The translations under genes were made by a program, and so were the position numbers. Below, one piece after another: positions 41,726-55,330 of a DNA stretch of 64,000 nt (position 1 is its first letter; each line of letters starts with the position of its first letter). The notes beneath the pieces are model-generated. The model did no database searches. It saw only the letters and a list, made by a program, of their open reading frames with translations, and was not told the DNA's origin. This DNA is from Camelus ferus (taxonomy: Eukaryota), in the NCBI RefSeq assembly GCF_009834535.1, contig NC_045697.1:66156001-66220000 (forward strand), read 5' to 3'.

Positions 41726-44700
41726 GGGTTGTATTTTTTAAAGTAAGCCCGGAGGGGAAGATTCCCCTACATCTTGTTGATAATCCTTATACAGATTAGT
41801 AACAAATGCCTATATGTTTCAGAAATAAATTTTTTCGGTCCTTGGTACAGGAATGAATTCCAGCTACAGTATTAGAACAGTTCAGTGAAAAGATGCAGTG
41901 AAATACCTGCCTGTGCATTATTAGACCTGAAGGTTACACATTAAACTTTCTAGTGACAGTCTGTCTGGCTTTCAGCTTCCAGGAAGTGACACTCACAGGC
42001 AGCAATAGAAAGCTAGCAATCCTGTAATATTTCCTAAGTGCTTTTAACTTTGAAAAATGTGTTTACATCCATTTATTATAAACATAAGAAATGAAAATAA
42101 GTATCTATATTAGTCTGTAAAAAGTCTAATTAAGGAGACACAAGTACAGCCCGTTACCTGCCAGAAAGGTATCTATAGCTCAAAATCAAGTGCAAATGGC
42201 ATGGGAGCTGTACAAAGTTAACACAGTGTGTTTAGTATCTTTCACTGAGTTTTAACTTACATTTTAAAAAATCTTTTGGTCCTCACTTCAGTTATTTTTA
42301 ATCCCTATTTTATAGATGAGGAAACAGAGATACAGGGAAATTAGATACACTGGCCCAGAATTTGGGATGGGATAAGCCTAGGCCTTCAGATGACACATTT
42401 AATATTCTTTCCCTACATAATGTTTCAGTGGAAAAAAATCATATATTCAAAAAATAGCACTTTCCTCCTTTTCTATAACAGTTTTCTGCTTCACAACCCA
42501 TTCTGCTTGGCTGGAGGAAAATAGAGCAACACATCACCAGTTTTGGGGAAGGGGTGGCCATTTGTTCCTTGGTCATCGATCAGTGCAGGCTGTCCTGGAG
42601 GCTGCCCACCGTCTCTGGGTGTGTGGGGTTCAGACCAGCAGCCCCTGCTGCTCCTGCAGTATCCTCATTCTGCCCAAATGTGGCGGTTCAGTCAGTTACA
42701 ACGCTGCCTGAGGTTCCAACCGCCCACCGCCCAACACGACTACTTCTTCGACGTGGTCTTTCCACCTTCCAGGCAGCAAAAAGGGTCCCAGCATCCCTCT
42801 GCTCCGGAATCACACAGATTTCCCTTTCTCTCGCTTCTATCCCAGCCCAGGTGGGGATACTGCAAAATCTCCTAGTCTACCACCAGCTGTGGGACTTTGG
42901 GCAAGTTATTAAACTCTCTGTCTCAGTTCCTTCATCTTTAGATGAGGGTTTATTCTACAATAAATATTACTGAGTACGCAATCTTTGCTAAGTAATGTTC
43001 TGGATAATAGAAGTAAAGCAGTAAACAAATACAGACAAAAATCCTCACCCTCACGGAGCACTCTTAGGATATTAGTAGTAGCTCCCTCACGGGGCTTTGT
43101 GAGCATTTAGTAAGTACATAGATACATGCTTCAAAAGGCGTCTCGTGCATAGTTAGAGATCTCTGAATGTTAGCCATGGTTAATAATCATTCACAATTTG
43201 TCTGAAGAAAGGATCGTTTTCCTTCGAGAGTCTATGGTGTCCAATTCTTGCCCTCTCAGTGATTATGTTCTGAAACTAAAAGTCTGAAAGAAAAGCTATT
43301 GCCAGGCAACTGTTATTTTTCATGCTGCTTCATCCTCTGCTGAGGAAATGAGCACAGAACCAACTCTCTGTTTGAATGGGGAGGCGGGTGTGGGGAGAAG
43401 CAAAGGTGAAAAATGCAGGGTGAAAACGCCTTATCTGTCACCTTCTCACATTCTCCCCCAGTGGTGCCGATATTTCTTTGTGCCGTGTGCCCTGCGTGGA
43501 CACCCTGCACATGTAGATTGGATTGTATGAGAAATAACTGTGAGTAAATGTGACAATTTGTGTGATAATGTTTACACAATCATTGGAAAAGCTTTTGTAA
43601 TTTAATCGAATATATCTTCCTTTTCTCTGGCAACTCCCAAGTTGGAAAACTCTGACTCTTCTGATATAATTAGCAAGTTCCTAACTGCAGTTCGAAATCC
43701 AACATTAACTCAGAGTCCAACTTCATTCTTGTTTTCCTTCTCCTCCAACCTGGGCAATAGTGGGGTCATACAAGGTGCTGATGAAGTCTTCCAGCCTGGA
43801 GTACCGTGGGCTGGAGCCCTGGAACAGAATCTCAGCCACACCACGTCCTGGAGGGGACCTTAGGCACATCCCTACCCTCTCTCAGCTTCAGTTTCCTCCT
43901 CGGGAAAATGGTGATGATAAAGAATCATTCTTATTTCTCAGAGTTGAAAGGATTAAACAGGTAATCTAAGTCACTCTGTGTTGATTGGCAACTGGTTACT
44001 GCTTGGTAAGTATTAGTGGTTATTACATATTTCTTTAATGATGGAAAAATAAATACCAGATCTTAAAAATAGCCCACATACTAGTTCCTCTTTATTTATT
44101 TTGGTAAAAGGGAAGTGTTCAACTAGACCTATTTCTACTTTTCTAGCTGCACTGTTGATGGAGAAAGAAGGAAGTCTCCAGGAGAAGCCCACAGAGCTCC
44201 TGTCTCAGCTTACTAAGCTTTTTGGTATATTTCATGCAATCAAGCAATTTCCTTTTCATAGTCAGTTATTTGAGAAACTAAAAACATCCAAAACTAAATT
44301 ATTTAAACCTGGGATTGAGAAGGCAGGAAATGAAGAATCTGTTTCTTTTTCTACTCCTAACCTACTGCGTAGTTGAAATGTGTTTACAAATCTTTAGTGC
44401 CCCTGTTTTCCCCGATTTCAACAGTGATAACACTATTTTTCTTACCTGGCTTTTCAGATACTGTGAAGAGTAATACAGAAATTATCTCCAAGATGGTGAG
44501 TAAATGCTTTTCTGCTGAGCCTTTGGCTGAAAGGGGACTTCCAAATATAAGCAAATAATAGTAACAGAAGTAACTAATATTTCTTAACTGCTTCCTGTGG
44601 GCCAGGCGTTGACAATGTGCTTGCCATGTATTAGCTCATTTAATGCCCACAAAATAGCATCACAAATGGTTACATCACTTGAGTGTGGCTACATAACTGA

Positions 44701-46258
44701 CTAGGACGTGTGATGAAAGCATTTCTAGATATAAAATTCCTCGAACATTTTAATCTTTTTCATGAGATTGCACGTTTACTATTCTGTCAAGAATGGGGGA
44801 AATAAGCATTGAAATAGAGTAAGTTAGCTTGCTTTTAAAGATTTTTCCAGAATCAATTATCGTCCCTTCTGTATCATTACAACACACACTGTAGGAGGAA
44901 GGACCCTGCATAAATCCCACCTCTGCCTTTACCCTGTCCTGTTATCCAAAAGCATCTCATCTCCTCTCAGAATGTCAGTTCTGGGAAAATAAGAGTTGGC
45001 CAAGTGACCTCTAAAGTCACTTTCTGCTCAGTTGTTCAATGACATATTTTTCCCGCTGAAGACATTTCTCTGTCTTACATAAAAACTACGTCCAAAGGGA
45101 CACAGTTCATGGACTGAGGATTACAGGGACACAAGCTATTTTGTCCTCAAATCTAGCGACAAAGACAAGATACTCAGATCAAAGGAAGGTCATCCTCTCT
45201 GATACTCTGGGGTCACATGATGGACTTACTATTTACAGTGACTAAAGTGATGCAGATAAGAGTGTAATTTGGAGAGGATTTTTTGGTGAGATTAAAGCCT
45301 TTTCCTAGAACTTATCAAGAAGCAAGCAACCAAACTGCATCTATTAAAATGATTTGCATGTTTTGATTTTTTAAACATATTTTGAAAATATATTAGTGCA
45401 AAGAGGTGTGCTTTTTCATGAAATTTTTTTCAAAAAAGAGATTTTGGAGAATAAGAATGTGTCAGAAGATATTCAAGACTCTAAAGGGGACTGACTAATC
45501 ATAACAAACACTGATACTTATGTTTATCATGTGCCTGGTACTCACCCAATGTTTTAATTTGTCAAGTTTCCAAAACCAGAAAGCAGCAAATCCAATATTT
45601 TAGCCAGCTAGTGTGCCTTCAGAATCTTTGCTATTAATCACTGCATTAGATGGTCTCATAAATATATCATAGAGTGATACATAATAAATGTATACCTATA
45701 ATAAATATAATATACTTATATAAATACAATATACTTATATTTATTATAAATATATTTTATATTTCTAATATATGTATAAATATATTTATATTTATAGTAA
45801 TTAAATAAGTAACATTTTAAAAGATGTATTTATGTATGTGTTATTTATGTATGTGTTTGTTATTTATATTTCTTACTCTACCAGGCTTCTATCATTTGCT
45901 GACACTATTTCTTAGGATTATTCAACTTTCTTTAGCCTAACCATACATATCAAACAGATTTCTGATCTAAATTCTTTCTCCTAAGAAAGTTTTGTTTTGT
46001 TTGGTTTGGTTTTAATATTTCATTCTAGAAAATGATTTTGCATGCCTCCGAATCAAACATGTAGGATTTCTGGCAGAATCTTTCAAACTGGCCTGTAATG
46101 CAAAAAGAGGAAATTGCTTAGAACAAAGGAAATCAGGAAATCTTGGTTCTGCTGACACAACTAACTTCTGTGTCTATAAGGCAAACAGAGCTCAAGTCAA
46201 AGGAGAATTCTAAGTGATGACTACAGAAATAAGGTGCAGCTTCAATCCTTAGAGCACA

Positions 46259-46435
46259 GGGGGAGGGTATAGCTCAGCGCTAGAGTGCGTGCTTTGTATG
46301 CATGAGGTCCAGGTTTCAATCCCCAGTACTTCCATCAAGAAATAAATCAGTAAGCAAACCTAATTACCTCCCTCCAAAGCAAACAAACAAACAAAAAAAA
46401 AGTGCAACAAAATCAGCTGTACCAAAAATAAAAGA
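46259..46435 (+). mobile_element. tRNA-derived SINE (Vic-1-like), full length
   Basis: ggggagggtatagctcag...aatccccagtacttcc; 15-bp TSD aatcctt(a/g)gagcaca at 46244-46258 and 46436-46450. Confidence 0.93.
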
Positions 46436-49400
46436 AATCCTTGGAGCACAGACTTCCATAAGAATATAAAAATAGGGTTTTTATAAGCAAAGGAAAAGCA
46501 GTTTTCATCTATAGCAAATTAACAGAAAGATCCAGAGAAAACAGTGAACAAAGTTACGCTAAGAAACATTTTTCTGGCCTGCAAGATACAGTTTTGCTAT
46601 AGGACTACTTTGGTCCATTATGAGCCTGAGCCATATGGAGAGAAAACACCAGCTGCTAAATGCTGGGACCTTGTCCACAAAGGCTGGAGATGGCATGTTT
46701 CCTGGCAGTGTGTACATCCTGCTAACATAAACAGTTTCAGTAGCTCGTGGGAAGCTACTGGCCTCAACTAGGGTGAACCACTGTAGTCTAGGGGAAAAGA
46801 CTCAGAATTGTCTCAAAGGCCTAGATTTGGAGGAATTTATATAAATGGTAAAAATTCAACATCTGTGGACTGATGTCACAACTAAAAGAAGATACATAAA
46901 TGTGATTCTGAAAAAGAATTGAATGCTTCCTAAATATTAACAAGATCCCCATAGCCCATGTAACATATGTCAGACACATGGCTCTGTGGTCACAACATTT
47001 TTGTTTAATTGCTTGCCACAGTAGTTTTGACCATTTTGCTATTCACTTCCTTCCTCAAAATCTATTTGTTATCCTCCCTAAGTTCTATTTCTTTCAAAGA
47101 GAGAGACCTGCCTCAATCAAATACTTCTGTTTAATCAAGGAATGAAAAGTACACACATAAATGAGTAATTAACACAAGACTATCGCTTCATTAACATTCA
47201 CACAACCAACATGTATTGAACACTGGGACTAGTACTGGAAGATGTCTCCTGTAAAGATTTTTTTCTTGTGGTGTCTTGCAAGAAAACTTTGAAAGGAAAA
47301 ACTCTGTAAGACAATTTTCAGTTTCTCATCGCTATCAAAGATGCTTTGATAGATAGGTGTATTCCCTTTCCCATGCAGACTGATCCCACTACTGGTTACG
47401 CTCTTCATTAAGATAATCCAGTTCTCTATAATTTGATGCAACACTTGAAAAGAGGATCTGCTAAACAACTGACAATAATTTTTTTTATTTATTTGGCAAG
47501 CATATTTTTAGCATATGTTAGTAAATTTATGTTTTAGTTTTTTAGTGGTTCATGAAATATTGAGTGACCTGATTCAATTTCCAAAAATTCCAGACTAAGG
47601 AGCAGATCTTAGATGAATGGAGGCTTGCTAATTGCAGACATTTGGTAAGGCTCAATTTGAAAGACAGTCTTCCTTTTCTGCAAATACATAGAAATTCATG
47701 TAAAACTATGTTACACGGACTTAAACTTAATGTGCTACAATGTTTTTGTAAGTGTTCAGAAACAAATCTTTGTCTTTTATTTCTTCTAATCTAGTGGTAA
47801 TCCCACGTCAATTTTAAATTTCTACTTGTTTCCTGTTTTAAAACAGCAGGTAAGAGGTAGGTGTGCTCTGGAATACAGCAAATTCTCTTCATTTAAACAG
47901 TTCAAGCAAAATGGTGTTTAGATGCCTATCAGCTACCAAGATTAAGTCGCTGTTCATGGTTCATTTTGTCAATTTTGGCAAATATAAGGTACTACATTCT
48001 TTTTAAAAAAATCAAAGTCATCTCTTATCTTTTACCAAAGTCGAAGACCTCTTTTAGCATCCTATGAATTTCAAAACGTGAAGTTTGAACTTGAGCCAGT
48101 TGAGTGTTTAGTTTTAGTTCTCGTTCTTTGGATCCTATTTATAAAGTCCTATTTATAAATTCAGAGAATAAGATAGAAAAAAATCTTAAAAATGTGCTTT
48201 GTAAAAAAATGTGTTGAAACTTTTTCCTGTGTTATCTTAAAAGTTATATGATGGATGTGCTCAAATTAAGTGTATGGCTTGATCTCCTTTTCAGGAATGG
48301 AAAAAATCACTATTCTTATATATTCCTATACTTGAAGTTTTTATAATTGTTTTCTCTTTTTATTTATTCATATCTAGTTTGCATCTTATTGTTTAAACTT
48401 CCAAACTTGTTCTTTCAAGCAGCTGGCTAAGCATGACATATGAAGACACATGTTAATATGCCCAGCCCCACTAAAAAGACAGTATGGAAGATCTCATCAG
48501 CAAGGGCAAAAAGAAAGGGAGGAATCAAGAGTATAGGAAACATTGCAAAAAATATTTTGGCAGACAGGTAGCAAGTGGAGGAGTGGCATTTGATTAAATC
48601 TATGTAGTCAGTTATGACCCAAGTTTCCCTAAAGGTGGGGAGGAGGACATACACTGAGGAGATGCCGTGCCAATAACCCTTAAGAATCCATGACCTCAGG
48701 ACCCCAGGACCCACAAAAGTGGACTTGAGATTCAGGACAGGAAAAAGGACATTGGTCAAAAATCAGCAGAGAAAGCATTAGAGCCCTGGTTGCCCTATCC
48801 TTTCTCAAACCACCACTGCCCACTAACATAGCCCTCTGCTTTAAAAGGAAAGAAAGGGAGAGAACCTTGGAGAAACAGAGACAATGTAAAGTATGAGGCA
48901 TAAAATCAAGTATTCTAATTATTTAATAATTTTCTTATGGTATATAGTTTTCAAAAATAATTTCCATAAAAATTTAAAGTGAGAATATTGCAATCAATTC
49001 AAATATTTGGTATGCTTATTTCATAATAGTGATAGTTGTAGGGCTGTTTAAGGCACACAGCAAATCTGTAATGTAAATCTTATTAGACCCATTGTACAGA
49101 TGAGAAAATTAAGGCTAATAGTGATTAAGCAGCTTACCCAAGGTCACACAGCTATTAGGTAGTGGTACTAGTACTCAGACTCAGTGCCATTGATCACAAG
49201 CCTTATGCTCTTACAACTACCCGAAAGTGTTTCACAAAGTTTTGGTTTACAACCATTCTGCATGGAGAGAAGATTCTTCAGGATAAAGAAGTATAGTGGA
49301 CCATTCCCTACAAGTTTAGAACTTCTTATTACTTGGTTGTTTAATTTGATTGATAAACTTCAAATTTAAAGGTTGATATAAATAGTCTTAAATATTATTT

Positions 49401-51959
49401 TTTCCTAAAAGCTGCAAATACACAAAATTAAATTTAAAAATGCAAGTTCACTGGACAATGTAAGTCAATCTTACCAAACATTTCTTATCATTTTTCTATT
49501 AGTCATTTCCTCTGAGACTTGTTTTTCTCTGTGTCTAACGTTTCTAAACTCATCCTCTGATGAAAGCTTTGCTCTGGGTAATAGTTGAGACCAAAGTACC
49601 TAATATTTCTCTCCATTTAAACATTACCTTAATATTTTTTTGTATTCTTTACCAACATTTGTCAGGTTGTTCAAATAGCAATTTGCATATTCACATATTG
49701 ATTCTCTATAGGAATAGTTGGGTGGAGCCATCACTCAGGAGAGTTGGGCTGAGGTTGTGGGTGGAGAATTGTGTGGGATGGGCTGGGGTCGGGGTATGAA
49801 TTTGTAGGAAGATCTGGAAAGAAAAACCTTCCATCATGTCTTTAGTCCAGCTGCCATACCCAGCATTTTTAGGCAGATTAAATAAAATAAAAAGTCTATC
49901 ACAAACAATAAACAGTCGGGAAAATCTGCACGGCAAAATGCTTTGTGATCATATACAAATGAGGGAGGGGCAGTGTTACCTGGCATAAAGCAGGCGATGT
50001 TAAGGACAGGCCGAGGTCCTTGAATGTGTTCCAATCTCCATAGCCTGTTAGCAGCGGTGGAAAACTGTTCTCCACCCCACCAACTACTTGCCTGACTGGG
50101 AAGACCCTCAAAGTTGTAAGCCGGGGCCAACATCACAGGTCACTCTTTACTAGAAACTTCTGGAAAATGCTGTACGTCAACTATGCTCCACATATTTTCC
50201 TTCCATTCTAGTTTCATAATATTTTCTGCACAGGTTCCTGACAATGTGTTAGGTGCTAAGGTTTGCAAGTCATGTGTAAAATGCTGTAAAAGTCAACCTT
50301 TTCAAAGGCCCCCAATGAAACCCAGGAAGCATGTTAAAATGAATTGCCTGATAACATTTCTCTCTTCTTTTTTTTCTACTTTATCTTTCCTTTTAATCTA
50401 TTTCTCCTTCCTGTAGAGATATTTTTTGATGTTTCACAGTAAAAGCTCATTTTTCACTGCTGAAAAGAAATTCATTATGTAGGTGGTGGTAAAATTGTTA
50501 CTTTATTGGTAAATTTAATCCTCTATGCCACTGTGCAAAATTTGTGACTGTTTGCCACAGATGAAATGATCACTTTAGTTCGCCCACGTATATAATGACA
50601 ACGTTCAGGCAAAAGCAAGAAGACAAAGAACTTTCTTTGATTCGTTTGGCCAGTTTTTCCTTCTCTCCCATGGTAAATATTTTGTACATAAATCTTTGTA
50701 CAATCTTTTCTATTTTAATTCCTAGAAGAGGAATTGGTTACGTGCATTTTAAATGATACTGCCCATTGCCAGACTGACATGCAGAAAGGCTGCACAAATT
50801 TATTGTCCAGCTAATATGAGTTAATGGTAATTATTTTACTCTTTTTTTTAATTCCATGGGTAAAAACAAACTCATAGTACTTATTGTTTTGTTTTGTGAT
50901 TTACTTTTTAAATCTTTTTATTGTAAAATGAAATACATATACAGAAAACCACACAAAACAAATGTGCATCTTAGTGCATTACTATAAGGTAAACACAATT
51001 CTAACTACTAACCAGATCAAGAAACAGACCTTTACCTGTCACCCCACTGAAATTTCCCTTCAACATACTCCTTCCTCTTACAAGTAACCACTATTCTTGC
51101 TTTTTGTAGTAATCCTTCCTTGCATATATTTGTAGTTTTATTATCCAACTAGCCTTGCCCATTTAAAAAAAAACTGATTTTTTTAATGTTTGTTTCCATT
51201 TTATTTATTTATGTTTTATTGAGGTAGCATTGGTTTATAACATTATATAAGTTTCATGTGTACAACATCATATTTCTTCTTTGATTCAGAATCAAGGTAA
51301 TGTCGCCAACTCTACAGCCAATCCAGTAATATTATAATGCCTGTCCAAGCTGAACTCAAAGCTCAAAGCATTCCTCCAACTCAAGAAGTCATATATGAAC
51401 TCTGTTAATTCCATTCTATACAAATATTTGGAGACCAGATGTCATCTTGAAATCAAAGGTGTGGTTATCTAACTTGGTAAGAAAGATGGAGGCTGAATGC
51501 TTCACAGCAAACCATTGGTGTTTTCTTTTTCTCAGTTTCTTCAGATGTACCTTTAAAAAATAGAAACATTGTGATAGAAGATCTAAAAATTATTTGATGA
51601 AGTGGAATACTGATCACTCTTGTGCGTAAGTGATAATACTATTTTTACACTGTGGAATTCTTATACTATTTTATATTGGATGAAAAGATAATCCAGAGTA
51701 ACTTCCTGCTCAGCAGGACTGCTTTACGTCTATTCCCAGTAGGGCTGTTTTCCGGTGCTCCCAGGTAGAGAATTGAAAAACAGAACAAACAAAGCATACG
51801 TTTGAACAAATTTAACTTGTATGGTGATCTCAGATACACATTCTTTTAAGGAACTGTGAAGTAATCAAGTTTCTTCAAAAAGACACTTTTAGGGACTCAA
51901 TTTGGGAAAAGCCAAACCTGTATATACTCTAAAACTACTCATCCATTAAGATAGTGAAA

Positions 51960-52095
51960 AATCCCTGGGATGGATGGTGGTGATTGTTGTACAACAATGT
52001 GAATGTACCTATGCCACAGAACTGTACACTTAAAATGGCTAAAATGGTAAATTTATGTTATGTATATATGTATTTTTTTAACCAGCTAAAAATAC
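51960..52095 (+). mobile_element. L1MB/MC 3' terminal fragment
   Basis: ggatggtggtgattgttgtacaacaatgtgaatgtac...gaactgtacacttaaaatggctaaaatggtaaattt. Confidence 0.75.
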
Positions 52096-53274
52096 TTTTA
52101 AAAAAGGTTTATCCTGAATAAAACCAAATTGAAAATATTCTCTAAATTGAGTTTGAATTTTCATCATATTTGGTTTGAATCTTGAGAGACTACCATACCA
52201 GTGGTTCTTAAGTTCCTGCCAAAACCTTTCTGAGTATGTTTGGCTTGGTTTTGGAGGATAACATTTATTGGCTACATAAAATATAACTCATGTCCTTACT
52301 GATTCCTTAAAATAAATAAATAAATACACTGTCCAAATTGAGTTCAGCTTTGAATTAAAAGTCATATCCCTAGCTCCATGAAAATGCCTATTGCCTTTCT
52401 AGCACGTGTCCAATACTTACATTTGTATTTGCGAAACAATTCCTCCAGAGATGCCACATGACTGCTTTTAACTGAAACATGTTGGACTTCTTTATCTGAT
52501 GTCCAAGACATATAAAAAATATTTGTATGAAAAGCTGGTTAATGGTTCAGTCTGTATTCAAGCCTAGTTATGTACACAGCTCAAATGATGTTCAATTCTA
52601 GTCCATTGAGATCAATGCTCAATAGAATTGATGGTCCTATGATCCAGGAGATTATTATTAAGTATCTCAAGTAGGATTCTCAAACCAACTGGCTATGTTT
52701 TTGATGTAAAGCTGACCCTACTTTTTATCTGCCAGAGGCTCAGAATGTTATTTACCAAATTTTTTTCATGATAGGCCATAAAGTATTCTGCAGTAAGTCT
52801 AGGTTAATACATTGCTGAAAATTTTGGCTTGATTTTGGCTTTATTTGAACAATTTTCTGTTGTAAACAATTTAATATAATTCCAGCTAGTTATAGGTGTT
52901 CTTTTTAGTTTAGATGTGTGTTTAAGTCTGATCATGCATAAAGTGATTACTATCCAACTAAATTCAAAAAGGCTTGTTTCAAAAGTAATATTTCAATTTT
53001 TAGTCAGTGATAATCATTTTAAGGGTTTGTTTCCAAAAGAAAAATACCATATTCTTCTCCAGTGTATCTCATGGCATGTATGTAATTAGTGGCACGCTAT
53101 GCAGGATATTACCAGTGATGATGCTTCCAGTCAATATTTCAGTCAGTACTATCTAATGATCTCTAATCTTAATTCTTCAGAATTAATCTGTTTGGCCTTT
53201 CATTTTGGCCTTCGTTTTGAAATATGTGGCTGCCTTTTATGGTTTGATTAAGTTACTGTCCTTCATTTCCTCTT

Positions 53275-53645
53275 TTTTTTTTAGGTGAAAGTAGGTTTAT
53301 TTAGAGATCCACACTCCATGAACTGAGTTGGGTCCATCTCACTGCAAAGGGAAAGCGACTTAGGAGATACATACTCCATAGGCAGAATGTGAGCCATCTC
53401 AAAAGTTGAGAGAGAGAGAGAGACCGAGAGGTGTACGGGTGTTTAGTTTAAAGAAAAAGCAGTTACACACTCCATAAACAGAGTGTGGGCCGTCTCAGAA
53501 GGCGAGAGAGAAAGCGACTTTTTTGGGGTGTGGGTAATTGGGTTTATTTACTTACTTACTTATTTTAATGGAGGTACTGGGAATTGAACCCAGGGCCTCA
53601 TGCATGCTAAGCATGTGCTCTACCAGTGAGCTATACCTCCAACCC
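53275..53645 (-). mobile_element. Composite retroposon: tRNA-SINE plus tandem LTR-like tail
   Basis: 11-bp TSD CATTTCCTCTT (53264-53274, 53646-53656); SINE at about 53520-53645; three ACTCCAT...CCRTCTCA units; AATAAA and poly-A on -. Confidence 0.88.
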
Positions 53646-53659
53646 CATTTCCTCTTAAT

Positions 53660-53900
53660 AATACTCATAGTTTGAGTAAATTACTGGTACCAGGCATTTT
53701 ATAAGCACTTTATATGAATTAATTTATTTAATCCTCACAACACCACTGTGGGGTATGTGTTAGTATTATTATTCCTGTTCGATAAGTAAGGAAACAGAGG
53801 CTCAGAAGTTGTCCACATTCATACAGCTAATAATTGAAAGAGTTAAGATTTGAACCCAGGCAGTCTGTCTTTAAAAGTGTTACTCTTAATCCCTAAACTA
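53660..53900 (-). mobile_element. MIR SINE
   Basis: atttaatcctcacaac...aaggaaacagaggctcaga...gatttgaacccaggcagtctg. Confidence 0.8.
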
Positions 53901-54439
53901 TAATACAGGCACATCCTGATAAATTTCTTGCCTTTATCTGGCTTCCTGTCTTGGCTTTGCCTCTTTGTATCCTATGCTCATATATTATATGACTCTTGGT
54001 TGATATTGTTTTGTTTTGTTTTGATTCTGGCCTTTACAATAGTATTTTAGTTGGTGAAAATAATACGGCAGAGGGCAGAAGGATGTTCCTGGTTCAGTTG
54101 CTTCACTCTGAGTTAATGGCTCTTGGTCTCCTTGTCAATTGTGACTAGCAGTCAATAAGCATTGCCCAAGTGGCTTTGTCATACAGAAATCAGCTCTTGT
54201 AGAAATGCAATAGAATAAAAGATATCACACATGTGTTTTTAAAGTATTCCCTGTGGAGATTCCATATGAAGATAAAATAGACGAGCACAATAAAGGCAAG
54301 AAAAGCTGAGGTCCAGCATCATTCATAAGTTGTTTGTGGTGAGCCTGAGAGTTGGCAGCAAGGCTGAGAGTAGAGGCTACCTCTTCTGACTACCCATTTA
54401 GTGCTCTTTCCATTCTGATCTCAAGGACTCATAGTCTAA

Positions 54440-55330
54440 CAATGGGTGCAGGGAAGTAAAAAGATAGTTACAAAATTGGAAATGCGTTAGAGGTGAGCAC
54501 ATGGAAAATGGAATCCAAATGGAGACACTAGAAAATGTTTCCCAAAGGAGATGATACAGAACTTTAGAGCTGACCAGGTAAAGGAATGGGAAAAGGCCCC
54601 AAGCAGTGACAACAGCTTCTACAAAAATCCCAGATCCATGAGAGCAGAGGACCTGTTCAGAGACTGCCAGTCACTCAGGTGCCTTGGTGAGCTGGAGTGT
54701 GGGAAAGAGGAGGCTGGATACAGGCAGGAGAGAAAGTCAGTGCCTACTGTGTCATACTAAAGAGTTAAAATTTTAGCCAAACTTTTTGGGATGACACTGA
54801 AGGACTTTATACAAAGAAGCACTGTGATTAGACTTGCATTTTAAAAAGAGTATTCTGGCAGGAGAGTGCATTGGACTTGGGAGTGGGGAGAGAAGACTGT
54901 GAAGACTAAAGGCAGGGTACAAAGAGACAAGAGGAAACTTGGAATGCAATGGAGAGAAAAAAGCAGATTCCAGAAACAGTGAGGAAACAGTGATAATCTT
55001 GGAAAACACATGCCATAGGCATCCGCTGCACAACACCAAGTCAAAAATGCAGAATGAGGAACATTCTAGGAGGGTCACGTTGGTGAGGTGAGGTGACTGT
55101 GGGACATCCAAGTGGAGATACGTAGTTGGTATATGGTTCTGTGCCTCTGATGCTCAGGAGAACAGTCAAGAGAGCTAGAAATGCAGTGATGGTCAATCAT
55201 CCACTTGATAAACATCTAGTGAGCATTTACAAAGTGCCAGATACTGTGATAGGCTCTGGAATTCAGAGATGCATCAGATCCAGCCCATCCTTGTCTCTGA
55301 GGTCTTTATAGTTTACAGAGGAGGCAAAGG
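54440..55330 (-). mobile_element. L2 fragments
   Basis: gattagacttgcattttaaaaagagtattctggcag; gggacatccaagtggagata; gagcatttacaaagtgccagatactgtg. Boundaries approximate. Confidence 0.6.

Noticed and set aside
42543..42973. GC-richer stretch with overlapping 110- and 139-aa ORFs
   Set aside because: No recognisable domain or convincing splice pair; the longer ORF runs into a MIR. More likely an old repeat fragment.
46259..46335. tRNA gene-like sequence (also near 8.6, 10.3, 28.7, 53.6 and 60.7 kb)
   Set aside because: A/B boxes are followed by SINE body, A-tail and TSD, so these are SINE heads and not tRNA genes.
47229..47468. Further exon of the candidate decayed gene
   Set aside because: It has a plausible acceptor, but the frame continuing from the 99-bp segment hits stops quickly and no donor was found.
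53303..53520. CRISPR-like repeat-spacer array
   Set aside because: Mammalian context; the repeats are diverged, irregularly spaced and enclosed in a retroposon TSD.
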